A DNA stretch of 64,000 nucleotides. Source: Lama guanicoe. Lineage: Eukaryota. The stretch spans positions 6,835,838 through 6,899,837 of the forward strand of contig MU056050.1 in assembly GCA_013239625.1 (NCBI GenBank). Reading direction: 5' to 3'. Below are positions 28,081 to 41,600 of the stretch, in pieces. A program made the position numbers and the translations under genes. The notes beneath the pieces are model-generated. The model had not been told where the DNA came from. It worked only from the letters and a program-made list of their open reading frames with translations, and made no database searches. Each line of letters starts with the position of its first letter. Position 1 is the first letter of the stretch.

Positions 28081-29834
28081 ATCTAGAAGAAAGTTACAGT
28101 ATGCAGCAACTCCCCTAATCTATTAGAAAATGTCTAGAAAATACAAAGTATTAATTGGTTACAGAAAAGACTGACTTGCTAAAATTTTCTTCTGGAAAGC
28201 TTTACCTCAGCAGAAAGAGTAGGTAAAGGCTCATCTTCTACGCTTCAAAAAAAAAAAAAAGTGTTACTTGGCAGTGTCCAGGAAGTCTGGATCCCTGCCC
28301 ACAAGGAGTCCAGTTTCCTTTTTAAGGAGGTGAGAAGGATTCTGAACAGAGAAAAATATTCAAACATTTGACTCTCAGGTCAGGGGTCGGTGATCAGTTT
28401 GATCACATGGGCAGCACAGTGTTTGGTAACCAAATAAGATATTACAGAACAAAAAATATCTATTACCTAACCAATCTGCTCCTCAGTGCTGAATGCAGAC
28501 ATAAAGTGGTGAATATTAATTACCTTCAATCATTTCTGGAAAGAGGCAGGGCATCTAAATAAAGTAGATAAACAAATAGTAGCAATTATGGCTTTAAGGC
28601 AAAAGGCAACGTACAATAGAAATGAACCTGACAATGGTAACAGATGTGGAGGAGATCATTTCAAGGTAGGTTTAAAGTTTGCTATAATTCTGGCGAATAA
28701 CTAGTGGGGAGGAAGGGAAAAAAGGAGGGCGAAATGGCATATCAACAAACAGTGCCTCTTCCTGACCTATGCAAAAACATTTGGTAAATGTTACCATGTG
28801 AAAAAGAAATCAGATTAAAAGCAATTAGTAATCAAGCCACAAAACAGGGTTAATTCCAAAAATGACAGTCATTTCTTTTTGAAAGTGTAACCCCACCCCC
28901 ACCCATTTCTAAAAGTAATGATGTTATACTCTGGTGCTCGGCCAAAGGACAAGGAATAAGTGTATACAAAAAGATGGATGCCAAAAAGTCAGAATATAGT
29001 CTACAGCAGACTGCCTTCAAACAAAGTCATGCAATGGAAAAGAACATTTTGAGTCAGTATCTTTCAGTAGTTCTAATATCACCAACCACCTTCAAATGTC
29101 TGATGAATCAATTTACCTTTGCAAATCCATATTTAATCATTGAGAACTTTTAGCCAGACTTCAGAATGCTGGCAAAAGTTGTGAGTTTAAGCAAAATAAG
29201 TACACAAAGTTTGAAAGGCCAGCGTGGATGAAAATCTTCAGCTTACCTAACTTTCTGTGTAAATTTCTGTGCAATGCACATAGAGCATCCTCATTTCAAT
29301 TCACAAAACCCATATCAATGACATCATAGGCAGCTTATTAGTTTAAAAGCTAACAGAGGTTAAGTTCCAAGAGCAATACGTCTTAGGACATACCTCAGGT
29401 ACACCCATCAGGAAACATTTTGGGGCACCGCAACTGGAAAAACTAATCACACGCACATTTCCAAAGACTCTAACAATCTAAGGAAAACATTTTCCACTTA
29501 AAAAAAAAGCACCCAGAAGGCAGTCCATGTTGAAAAGGCATCAAGGATAACTTCTGACATTGCAAATATGAATATCCTCCAGTGGCCAAAGATTATCTAT
29601 TTTTAAAACAACAACAAGGACAACAACAAAACAGCATCTCCTACGGGTGGATAACTCTTTACCCCCATGAAATTGTGCAGGTTGAAGATGAGCAGGCTAA
29701 GACCTGCTTAGATAAATTTAAGGCTGTCCGATGCACACTGGGTTAAATGTGAACCAGATTCATTCTTAACCTTTTGAGGTCAAGCTTTACAAGGCAGTGT
29801 GGAGTTGGGGCAAGGGGATTAGGGACCTAGAGAC

Positions 29835-29975
29835 TGGCAAACTATCCTTTGCGCTGCCTATTAATTAGGTATGTGACCTTGGGCAAATAATTCCACCTCT
29901 CTGTGTCCCGGTTTATTATCTATAAAATGAGTAGGTTGAACTTTACCACGAAATCCCTTCCAGCTCTAAAATCTG
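29835..29975 (+). mobile_element. MIR SINE
   Basis: tgtgaccttgggcaaataattccacctctctgtgtcccggttt...tataaaatgag core. Confidence 0.75.
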
Positions 29976-30599
29976 ATGAAACGACTTCATGGAAGGCAAA
30001 GACAGTGCGTTCTGCAAATTGTTTCTTTGAATCATTAAAGACCACTAAGAATTACACTGACTAGATATCTCAAATTAACTCTGGGCCAACTCCTCCTGGT
30101 GTCTGGCACAGAGCCCACTGACTCCTTACTTGCACTGCACTGTTTCTGTTTCACTGGGCACTCAAATCTATGAATCTCCTCAAGGGTTTGGAAGGTAAGC
30201 AGGTAATACACTTATTTACAGAAGGAACTGAGGCGTAGGGCTTAAACGTCCTGCTTCAAGTCTTACAGTCGATAAACGACAAAGTCTACTTGACCTCATT
30301 ACTCTAAAAAAGGCGTACTAGGGTGGCCGGGAGGTGACACTGGACAATACGAAACAACCAGCTGTTCTGTTATCCCTGAACTGCAAACCCTCCCAGGAAA
30401 GGCCTCAAGCCGACTACTGGGCTCAAATCCCTTGAAGGTCAGGTCGGCATGGCTTGCGAAACTCACGGTTGGATCCCGCCAATTCGGAATACAAGCGATT
30501 GTGAGTGTTTAGTTTTTTCCCGGGGGTGGGGTTGGGGTGGGGGAAGGCCTGAGAGTCATGGGGAGCCTGTGGAGGCCAGGCCCTCGGTCTTAGAGGTGG

Positions 30600-31160
<561 letters not shown>

Positions 31161-32029
31161 GTCAATGGCATGAACCTGTTATTATTTTGTGAGGCAGCAT
31201 CTCACAAAACGTGGCCCCAGCACCGGTGTGTTCTTCTGTTTTAGTCCGCTAATTACTAGGTACTAAGCCTTCCGGATTTTCTGGCTGTAGTCCACTTCCA
31301 GTCTTTCCATAGGTCCAGCCGGAGCACCTGGCTTCCCCGATTTGGAGTGGACTTCCGTCTTTTACCGGTTGCTGGCGCTTTCCCACCCAACCCCTGTTTC
31401 CGGGACAAGTAATCATTCCGCGCTCCCCATCCCGCCATATCGCTTTTATATTGTGCAATTCTGTGTCCTAGATGCTGTACCAGGCCTGCGGATAGACACC
31501 TGCTATCACGGCTTCTGTGCTTGAGAGCAGGACCCTGGCAGTAGAGTTCGTGCTTCACAGACATTGAGAGAAATCCTTAACAGGATTTTAAGAATTGTGG
31601 GAGGAGTAGGGTGAGGGGCTGAGTGTAAATAGGTGTTTTGACTTTACCAAACGTAGGCAGAATTGGAAATACATTTTTTGGCTGTGTGCAAAACATGCCT
31701 TTTTCAAAGTTTTGAGATACGTGTTCATTTAACAAGTATTTATTGAGCACTTGCCACTTGGGCTGTGCTATGAAAGGAGCTCTGGGGGATACAGAAAGTA
31801 TAGGAAGAGGTCACTGTCTAGTTGGGGAGATGACATATATTGGTCATTTAAATAAAAATATCTAATGTAGTGTCAGAGCAAGAGAAAAGAATATGGAATG
31901 GAATAGCTAAGGAATAGCAATAACACTTCTTGTATAAGCTGTGTCTTGAAGGATGAGTAGTCAAATTCAAATAAACAGTGGAGAAGGAATGATATTTCAG
32001 ATAGTGAATACATTGGGACCAAGAGTTAT

Positions 32030-32200
32030 ATTTTCAGTGGTTAAGTACCTTTGGCTTTGAATCCAGTCTGCCCCAGCTTGAATCCTGGCTCTGCCACCTG
32101 GGCAAGTCACTTGTGCCTCATTTTTCTCATCTACCAATCTCATAGGATTGTTTTGGAGGTTAAACGAGCTAATATTTGTAAAGTGTCTTAGAGGAAGCAC
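32030..32200 (+). mobile_element. MIR SINE
   Basis: ttgaatcctggctctgccac...tgtgcctcatttttctcatct...ctcataggattgtt...gtaaagtgtcttaga. Confidence 0.75.
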
Positions 32201-35195
32201 CATGCTGTTTAAAAGGCTTGGAGGTAGAAAACAAACAAAACCCAGCACATTTTCAGGGAACAATGGCAGAGTGTACATAGTAAGAAGTAAATAAGGACAG
32301 CTGAATATGGTGAGGCCAGATTTGAACTGGCAAAAGAGTTTGGCCCTAATCTTGTAGTTGATGAAGTTATGAAGTGGAATAAGATAGGGAATGAAATTAC
32401 AAAGGCATTGTTTTAGGAAGTTTAACCCAGGGAGTAGTATTTATTGGGTGAAAATGATCTACGGTTCCCTTACTAAGAATAGATCAATGTTCAGAAGTGC
32501 AGACAATGCATGACTTTTAACCTAGGGCTGTTTGGTGGGGGTTAAATACTGAAAACATCAATTCCACAATAAGGTAAAAAATTATTTATATTTATTTCAT
32601 ATTTTAAAGGCCTTACAGACAATTATATTCATTGCTGTTTCTAAAAGCCACTAGTAAACATGGATTGATTAAACACAAAGTTAATCATATCTGCTGGTGA
32701 AAGAGGCTTTGGAAAACAATGTCACAATCATGACCATCAGGTACCTACGAAAACAACTAGGTGTATTTAAAAGACAGTCATTTAATGATGCACAATTAAC
32801 ACAAAGAAAAGGCATTGTATGGCACATTTACTTTTGCAATAGGTGCAGTGAGGTAGTTTTCTTGTCCTCTTAATTAAAAATTGTATTTTCTCATTTTGGA
32901 GGGCAAAAGCAATTTATACATATTGAATCACTCTAAAAATATTAAGTGAAAGTTCCCTAAAATCCCACTCCACAGGGTTCTTATTAGGGCATGGGGCCCA
33001 TTTTCACATACCCTATTTCCAGGAATCAATGCGTCTACCTTACAAATATAATGTGAACTTTCAGACTCAGTGGCAAGTTTTTATTGGAAGCATATATCTT
33101 AACAATCTTATGTGGATGTAATCTTTTTTATATCTCTCAGAAAGTCAGTGTTAATTATAGCTATGAATTAGGAAAGCTTCTTTCCACTCTTACCTACTGG
33201 ATATGCCTAATTAATAGGTACCTTTTTAAAAATAGCTATTCTTCTGTAGATAATGATCACCAGGAGCATTGACTTCAAATACAGAGGAGAATGATTTGGC
33301 AAACTATTATCTAGACATCAACCAATCAAAAAACCAAAATACTGTTCAATGAGGATTGCTATTCATACTGTACAATGATAATTGATATTCATAATGATGA
33401 CCTTGGATTAGCCAACTAAGATTAAATCCTTCTCAAGAAGGCTTTTATATTAAATAGTATAATCTAGAGTTTCAGAAAGGGGTGAACCACATATATGCTA
33501 AAAGAGTTAGTTATAAATATATCGCTAACTCAGCTTAAATAGCTTATCAACTACAAGACCCCATTTTCCCAGCCATTTTAAGTAACTTGGACTTGGCTGA
33601 GCAGTCACATTCCAGTTTGCTTACAGATCTGTCACTGATGCACTGAAGTGTTTTCTCCATAGTGGGAATGGATTTAGTCGTGTTTGTCTCTTCTGCAGCT
33701 CAGCTTCACACACAAATAAGATGGCAGCGCATGTGTGCTTCTGGAATCCCTGACCTTGATGGCATTAGCAAATAACTTATATGTCGGTGCTATTGGCATA
33801 TGTCGGTATTACCTTAGTCTGTGAAATATGTGGGAGGAGGGATAAAGTCTTAAAAGCAAACATTAACGGGTGCATTTTATTGTATGCAAAATTGTACCTT
33901 AGTAAAGTCGATTTCAAACAAACAAATTCTGAACCTGCAAATCACTTTCTGGAGGGGAAATACTGGTCTTGACCAAGACGTGTGATCTTATGAAGCCTTG
34001 GGAAGCTGCCCCCTAACACCGTAAGAAAGTTCTCTTCATTTATCATCTTCCAAGCATAATCTAGGTTTCTGGCAAATTAGACCCAACCACTTTGTTCTAC
34101 ATTCAGTTGAAGAGGGGTGAACCCTCCTAAGGGTTTCCAATTCCTTTTGCAGCTCCACCGTTCTGGAAGAATTTATGATTATATGGAGGACTAGGGAATG
34201 CAAGACACTGTGAGGTTTATGCCATGTTCCAAGATCAATCCACCTGGACCTGTAATGGTTAGCCCCGGAAACAAAGTCCCCTTTTGCTGAAGCTGCCACC
34301 ACTAGCTTCCCCCCTTCTCCTACCTCATGTATGGCCCTCTCCCCCGGCGGGCTTTCCCCATTGGCCAGCCAAACACAACCGACCGCGGCAGCCAATGAGA
34401 GCCGCTCTCCTGAACATTCAGAGGATGGATGCTCGTGGTGTGATGAGGGGAGGTTGGCGCCTGGCACGCGCCCCCCTACATCTGGCAAGTCTGTGACAGA
34501 AACAGTAATTCCCCCTACACACGCACACCCGTGCCCCTGCCTTCTTCCTCTCAGCTGCGCGGGCCCCCACAACCCACGGCGTGTCTTGGCAGCGCCCTCC
34601 CCGGCTCCTTGCGGCGCGCGAGCGCACCTGCTTTCTCAATAAGACAGAGCATCCCTTTATCCCAAGGCTTGGGAGGGGGCCGCGGAGGAGCGGCGCAGCT
34701 GCCCGCCGCTGGCGAGGTGAAAGAGGTATCTCCGCCCCGCACCCCACCCCTGCAGGGTAATGTCGCTCCGAGGCCGAAGTACTCCAGAGATGCCTGGGTG
34801 CAGCTGTCTTTGTCCTCCCCAGCTGTGCTCCCTGCCCGCTGACCCTGTGAGCTCCGAGAAAGTGGGGGGTGGGGAGCCCCAAACCTATAAAATAAATGGC
34901 GAGGAGAAAGGAAGACCATCCCGAGATGGTATGCGCTGCTCTCCCCACTTCCCCGTTCCCCCTTAGGCTTCCTCCCTCCGGTGTGTCCCTGGGGTCTAGG
35001 CAAAGGCGCCGCGGCAGCGTGGGGAGCGCGGTAGGATCGCACCGCCGAGCGTCCCGTCCGAGGGCACAGACGCAAGGAGAAGGCTTGCCCATTCTCCATC
35101 TCTCCTCCCCTCCCTGGCTTTTGTGTCGGTGCCTGGGAGCTGCTAGGAGGGTGCGCTGGAGGAGGAGGGGGGGCCTGGGGTGAGAGGAACCCCTT

Positions 35196-35280
35196 CACGC
35201 GCGCGCGCGCACACGTTGCCGGCGCACGCACACACGCGCGGACACAGACTCACAGACACGCACACACACACACACGCACA
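35196..35280. repeat. (CG)n/(CA)n alternating purine-pyrimidine tract at the RAB33A 5' end
   Basis: cacgcgcgcgcgcgcacacgt (35196-35216) and further CA/CG runs. Confidence 0.9.
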
Positions 35281-35370
35281 AAGCTCGCTCGCCTCGAGCG
35301 CACTAACGTGGCCGTTTTCTTTGTGTGGAGCCCTCGAGGGGGGTTGGGACCCCGGTCCGGTCCGGGGGAG

Positions 35371-35628
35371 ATGGCGCAGCCCATCCTGGGCCATGGGAAC
35401 CTGCAGCCCGCCTCGGCCGCTGGCCTGGCGTCCCTGGAGCTCGACTCGTCGCTGGACCAGTACGTGCAGATTCGCATCTTCAAAATCATCGTGATTGGGG
35501 ACTCCAACGTGGGCAAGACCTGCCTGACCTTCCGCTTCTGCGGAGGGACCTTCCCGGACAAGACTGAGGCCACCATCGGCGTGGACTTCAGGGAGAAGAC
35601 TGTGGAAATCGAGGGCGAGAAGATCAAG
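35371..35628 (+). CDS. RAB33A: RAB33A exon 1 coding (MAQPILGHG...GDSNVGKT...TEATIGVDF...EKIK)
   Basis: GAGATGG Kozak context; P-loop GDSNVGKT and Rab switch I IGVDF; donor AAG|GTGATC; 258 nt. Confidence 0.96.
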
Positions 35629-38289
35629 GTGATCCAGACGGTCAGGTCCAGGAAGGGAGGGATCTGGGAGGGGGCCTCGCCAGAGGCATCACTCTAGTGG
35701 TTGTAAATGTCCAGTGCATGGCTGTGTCGCCGCTTGCTGAGCCCAAGACCCTCGGCACGTCCTCATCCCCTTTCCCCTCTCTCTCAGTGGCCCAGTTCTC
35801 ACCTCACCCGTTTTTTGAGGGCAGGCGGGAGTGGCTGCATTCATGCCCTTTGCCCCTGCCTGACAGCTCCCGCCAGGAAAAGCCTGTTTGATCCCATCCT
35901 TGACCCTGAGCCGGGAGCAGCGGCACCTGTGGGCAGAGGGAGGTAGGAGGGATCTCCATCCTGGTCTGTGGGATGGATCCCAAAGCACTTTACACATCTT
36001 GAGGTTTCTTCTACCTCGTGGGTGCCAATAGGTTGCAACATACCTGCTTTGGCTAAGCCCCGAGGCATTAGAGGGGAGGAAAGATGGAAACCCATAGAGA
36101 ATGAAAGCTGCTTTATTTTAAATTACAATTTATTGTTAAGATTATGGTTATGATTTGCAATAGGAGTGGAGTGGGGGTGGTTCTAGCACAAAGCCATAAG
36201 CCCTTTTAAGGAAATTGAGACAGGGTCATCTGGTAGCTCTTTATAATAGACAAAATTTGTTCTTTTGGGACAGTACCCCTCAAATCCTTAAATGATATCT
36301 TCTTTATTTGTCTGGGGTACCTAATGCACATTACTCATCCTGTTGGCATTGTCTCCAGCAGGCCTTTGTAAAAATGCAGAGCAACTTATCTGAGGGCCAA
36401 GGGAAGTGTCTTCGTCCCCCACCCCCATTAGTTTGTCAAGTAGGCTAAGTACAGATATTCTTGTCTGACCATTTGTGCTCACTTCCAGTTCAGAAAAGGT
36501 AGAAACTCGAGAGGACAGGAATATTTCAATGTGCAGAGGGTGGAGTGGGGAGGACACAGCAAGGGCAGCTTCATGTGTCAGGGGAGCAGAGAGGGGCAGG
36601 GTTATAGGCAAGAAAATCACCTCAAAAGACACCGGGCACTAAAGAGGGACTCCTCCAGACCCACAGCAGGCCTTCTCTTGAGCCTATGGTGGGACCCTGT
36701 TGGGTGAAGGTAACCCTCCCTCCTGCTGGGCAAACAGCCCAAATGACCACAGGCCTCCTCTTCTGAGTGATGCGGAGAGAAAGGCTGAGTAGGGGAGAAT
36801 GATGAAACACTCTCAACTGTGCAAGATTCCTGACTTGCTTCATTATTAAAATGAACGTGTTTTAAAATGGCTTCAGAGACCGGGCTGTCAGGAGGATGGG
36901 CTGATAGGGGAGAGTTCGTGAAAACAACTGAGCCCCAGAGTCAGGAAGATAGGGCACTGTTTTGAAATAGTGATATTTTTGGCTTTTCGAGTTTTGGGGG
37001 GAACTGCTACATTTCCTTTTTAAAGTAAAGTAGGTATCTGTCTCTGTCCTTTCCTAGGGCTCTTATGTCGATGTCTGCTTGCCTTGGGCTTTCTCTAGTG
37101 TGTCCAGCTTCTTTAATGTAGGGTTTGTAAGACTCTGGAATTTCTAAAACATGCCTCCTAAATTCAAAATAGAAATAAGGATGTGCTCTTAAAACTCTCA
37201 AAACCCTTCAAATGTAATGCTATCGCTGGTTTCAAATAAAGTGTCACATTGAGCCAAAGAGTCCTCTGGACGTAAGAGAAGGGAAATAAGTCCACTCGAA
37301 ATTTAGATGGAGGGAAAAAGAAATATTTGGGAGTCGAGGGAAGAAGAACAGTGGGAGAGGAGAGGAGGAGGCCAGAAAGTGGGAAATGGGAGGTGAAAAC
37401 CAGAGGAAGAGGGTCACTGCTCAATGGCCTTGGGGAAATTTTGCAAAGATTCCTTCCTTTCTAACACCCAGTACTTAGCCAAACTGGATTTTACAGTCTC
37501 TTGCAAAGATTCTGGACTTTTTCCCAGAGGGCAGAGCCTGTGACAGTGTGACTCACTTAGAAACAGAGCCCAGCACAGCACCACGTGCAGATAAGTGCTT
37601 AATACAGGCTTTTTTTGGGAAGATGATATTTTCAAGAGGGCAAAACCTTGTGACACTGCTTATGGAGGAGCCCTCTGAATACAGATTCTGAAGGAGCTCA
37701 GGGTGGGGTGTGGGAGCAGCAGGATGGGGACCCTGCCTTTGACAAAGCTGCTGCAACCTCAGGGCCAAAGCTGGAGGCAAGACCAGTATATCCTTGGGAA
37801 GATGGCAGAGCATGGCAGCTAGCACATGATCTACATAGGAGAAGATTTTGCCTCATGTTCCAGCTGGCCTGAAGTTTCTCAAGGACAAGTGCCAAACCAC
37901 GCTAGGAGGTGACTTCCCTTTAGAGGAGACAGAAAAGTCCAGTGGAGGCTGAGGTGGCCCTAGACCACAGCCAGCAGTAGAAGGCTGGCAGGCTCTGCAA
38001 TGCCAATGCTCGCAGGAGAGTGGCAGGGAGGTCTCTGCCAGCTCTGCTCTCAGTCCGAGTAGGGTGTGGCTTCTTCTGGGCTGCCTCCCCATGTCCCAGG
38101 GTAGCACACACCGCTAACCTCTGCAGAGGGACGACTCATTCAGCATATCTGGGGCTACTTTCTTAATTACCAGGGCCATCCCTAGGGCTTTGAAGCCCCA
38201 TTTGGTATCTCCAATCAACATATCCCCCACCCCCTCACATTTATAATCCAGTGTTTCCTGGTTAACATGCACATTAAGAAAAGTTTCCA

Positions 38290-38390
38290 GGTAGAGGGTA
38301 ACAATAGCTCAATGCTAGAGCGCATGCCTAGCATGCACGAGGTCCTGGGTTCCATCCCCAGTACCTCCATTACAGAAAAAAATCACAGAA
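38290..38390 (+). mobile_element. Camelid Vic-1-like tRNA-derived SINE
   Basis: atagctcaatgctagagcgcatgcctagcatgcacgaggtcctgggttccatccccagtacctcca with A-rich tail; degenerate TSD gaaaagtttcca / gagaaacttcca. Confidence 0.8.
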
Positions 38391-38413
38391 AGAGAAACTT
38401 CCAATGAGTAGAC

Positions 38414-38670
38414 AATAGTAATAATAATAACAACAACAGCAGCAGCAGCAGTTTGTATTTACTGAATAGACAAAGAGCCCAGGCCAGGCACTTTCCGTGC
38501 ACTATCTTACTAGATCTTCTCAGCAGCCCTATGAAATTAGGACTACTATTATCATTCCTGTTTTATAGACAAGGAGACTAAAGTTAGAGAGATTAAATAA
38601 CTTGCCCAAAGGCACGTGGATCTGAGCTGCAGTCTTTGACTCTTGAGCCCAAGCACTTCACATCTCACTA
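38414..38670 (-). mobile_element. MIR SINE with compound (TAA)(CAA)(CAG) microsatellite at its tail
   Basis: cagccctatgaaattaggactactattatcattcctgttttatagacaaggagactaaagttagagagattaaataacttgcccaa. Confidence 0.75.
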
Positions 38671-41600
38671 TCCTGCCTTCCCTGTGACACGGCCTAGACT
38701 CAGAGCACATGTTCTTTACCACCGCTCTCTAGCAGGGCAGTATCTGGCTCGAGGGTGGCGTGCACAAGGGGAGCGGCACGCCAAGCAGCCATCCTTATGA
38801 TCTCTCCTAGGCCAGGGGCCCAGGGTTACAGCCCCCAGACCCAGGAGCCTTCAAGATGTCACTTTCAACTGCACCCCAGACATTGAGCCGTGTACCTAGG
38901 CTGGGTTTTACTTTTTGCACCTTGACTGTCTCAGCTTGGATGTGAGAATCAGAGACTGTTCAGAGATGGAAGAGACCTTAGAGAATCTCTAATCTGACTT
39001 TCTTGTTTTACAAATAGGAAGCTGAGGCTCAGAGAGGGAAAGTGACTTAAGATCACACAGAGCCAGGCCTACAGCTCTGGTGTCCTAATTTTCTTTTCGG
39101 TGCTCTTTCCACAAACCATGCTGCCTGGCTTACAAAAAAGCACATACATCCCCACTCTGGGCTAGCCCCATGGTCCGTCCAACCCACAAAAGCTGTGACG
39201 GGGACATGGTGGGACATTATATGGGAAAGCTGACAGTCCCTGACATCAGCCTAGGAAAGATGGAGGCATCCCCCAACCCCTAAAGGAAGGGTGGATCTTC
39301 CCTCAGTGACCGTTATGTGTCTGTCATCTTACAGGTTTAGCTAAATCGTATTGTGCCTCTCTCAGTCTGAAAGCATTGGAAAATGCCAATTATGGGTGTG
39401 TGTTTAGGGGTGGGGCATTAGGGAGGCTCAGTTCTGATTTTTGAGCCATTTTTGGTGAATTTTCATGGAAGCATCCCCCCCAGTTTGATTCCTCCCACAG
39501 ACCGGGCGCCCCCTCTGCCTCAGCCCTCCAGACCAGGCACACGGCAGGTTAGCCGAGACTGTGGGCAGGTGCCTCTCAGGACTGCGGATTGGTCTTCCTC
39601 CACTGATGACTTGGAAAAACACCTTTGTGTGTTACACTGCTGCATGGATGGAGGCTGAGCTAAGTGTTTCCTTGGAAGCTGCCCGCAGTCAGAATGACAT
39701 CATGCCTTCCTTAGGGCTTCTGAACGTCCATCTTCTGCCAGTTAGCTTAATAGTTAATTATCCATCAGTGTGGTTGTTTCTCTGTCTCCCTTGCTGCCTC
39801 TGTTGCTGTGTGTGAGTTTCTATTTGTCTCTGTCCTCCTTTGCCATTCTCAGTGTCAGCCTTGTGTGCAAACGTGGGTGTATCTTAGATGCAGATAGGAC
39901 AGTCCAGCTAGCTGAAGAAAGATTTGTTTTAAACTTTTCCCGTCATCCACTTGGGCATCCTCCAAAGGTTACAGATGTATTTTCTCCTTTTTCCACTTCT
40001 ACCCTCCCCCACCAGCCTGCAACAAAAGGACATTTATGCCTCATCTCTAGAAAGATGCCAGATATATTCCCTAGGGAAAAGAAATACGCGCCCCCATCAG
40101 CTAGGAGAACATGCACGGGGTGAGGGACTTGCTGAAGCTTGCTCCAGCAGCAATAGCCCCAGGGAAATGGTTCACGAGGCTAGATTTATCTTGGGAAGCT
40201 CCCCACCCTGGACCCCTCCACTTTCCTCCAGCTTCCCTGTCACTTTGGTCTTGCCCCCCAGCCAACTGTGGCATGTTGCTGGCATTCCTCTCTCCTCCCC
40301 CTCCCCACTGACTGCTTTTGCCTTGGCTCTATCTCATCATTAAGAGGCCAAGCTTTCTGTACTTTCCAGGATGAGAACCAACAGATCCAAGGAGCAGTGC
40401 TACCAGGACAGGGCTCATGGGCCTTCTGAGAGAATGGAAACAATTAATATTTGCAGAACACATTATATTTTGCAAAAGCTCTTTCTCACGTGTTATTTCA
40501 TTTGCCTAGTCATTGACTCAGCTAGGAAGCAGAGGGGCTGGAACGCGGGTCTCTCAATTCGACATCTACTGCTGCGTTTCCAAGAGCGCTTGCTCACTTA
40601 GCTGTCTGGTCAGACTTGGTGGAGGAGGTTTCGGGCCAGGGAGGAAGGGTGAGTGTGTACTAGGCACTGTGTCCCGTACTTACAAGGAATGCTAATCTTC
40701 ACAGCATCCCTGCAAGATTGCTGTGTTTGTCCTTAGTTTCCAGAGGAGGACACTGAAGATAAAGTAACTTGCCTGAGGACACCTAACTAGTAGGACCTGG
40801 TTGGGCTGAGATTTGCACCCTCATTGGTTTGACTCCACTGTACCCTACTGGCCCTTGGAGAGAAAATAGGGTCCTGGGGACATGTATGTGGCTAAGGGGC
40901 AGGTGTCACTTCTGGCCACCATGTGGATGTGGTACCCACAAGAAGGGAGAACTGGGTGAGAGAGTGCCGGCTGCAACAGGGTGAGGGGATGCTTTCACTG
41001 TCCAACGAGGGGCCAGGCTTTCTGAGGATGCTGAGAATGACAGGGATGGCAAACCTAGTAACGAAATGAGGTCACTTGTGTTCCAGCAAGCCTGACTGCC
41101 GTGCCCTCCCTTTGTGATGGCTCTGAGGCCACAGCATCAGTTCGGATTTTCTGCTGGGAGCAGCCTGCTTCCTGGCTTCCCTCTGACCACAGACAGGGAT
41201 GGAAAGACCTGTGAGGGGGACTTATAAAGAGTTGGAATGGGAGCAGTGCCTATGGTTGAAGTTCTGAGCCTCCAAATAAAAGCTTCAAGGGTCCCAAAGG
41301 CACTGGACAGGCAAAGGAGGCCTCCAGCCAAGAGGGTCCCCTGCAGTTCTGGCAGCTTGGGTGGTGTACACAGTTCTGAAGCCAAAGAAAAGCCAAACAG
41401 CCAACCCACTCAGCCCCAAACACCTCACACACTCCCACCCGTGTTCCTGCTAGTGGCAGGTATTTTTAGACTCCTGAGCTCATGGTGTTAAAGCATCTGC
41501 TGTGTGCCTGACGGCTGTAGGGATTCTGCCTTACTCAGAGGCAAGAGTTCCGACTACCCAAGGGTGGGGGTGGGGAAAGCAGGAGCCAAGTGTGACACTT

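Larger units (their letters stand above)
34330..35700. promoter_or_regulatory. RAB33A: RAB33A CpG island / promoter and first exon
   Basis: High GC and CpG content. CCAAT boxes 34360-34364 (-) and 34392-34396 (+); TATAAAA 34886-34892 next to YY1-like AAATGGCG 34894-34901. Confidence 0.8.

Noticed and set aside
34036..35627. Long overlapping ORFs (178, 224, 226 and 125 aa) on the - strand around the RAB33A promoter
   Set aside because: GC-rich CpG island is depleted of stop codons; peptides are low-complexity Gly/Arg/Pro/Ala with no recognisable domain.
38295..38370. tRNA-like A/B boxes suggesting a tRNA gene
   Set aside because: A-rich tail, TSD and a diverged second copy at 59101-59240 show it is a SINE.
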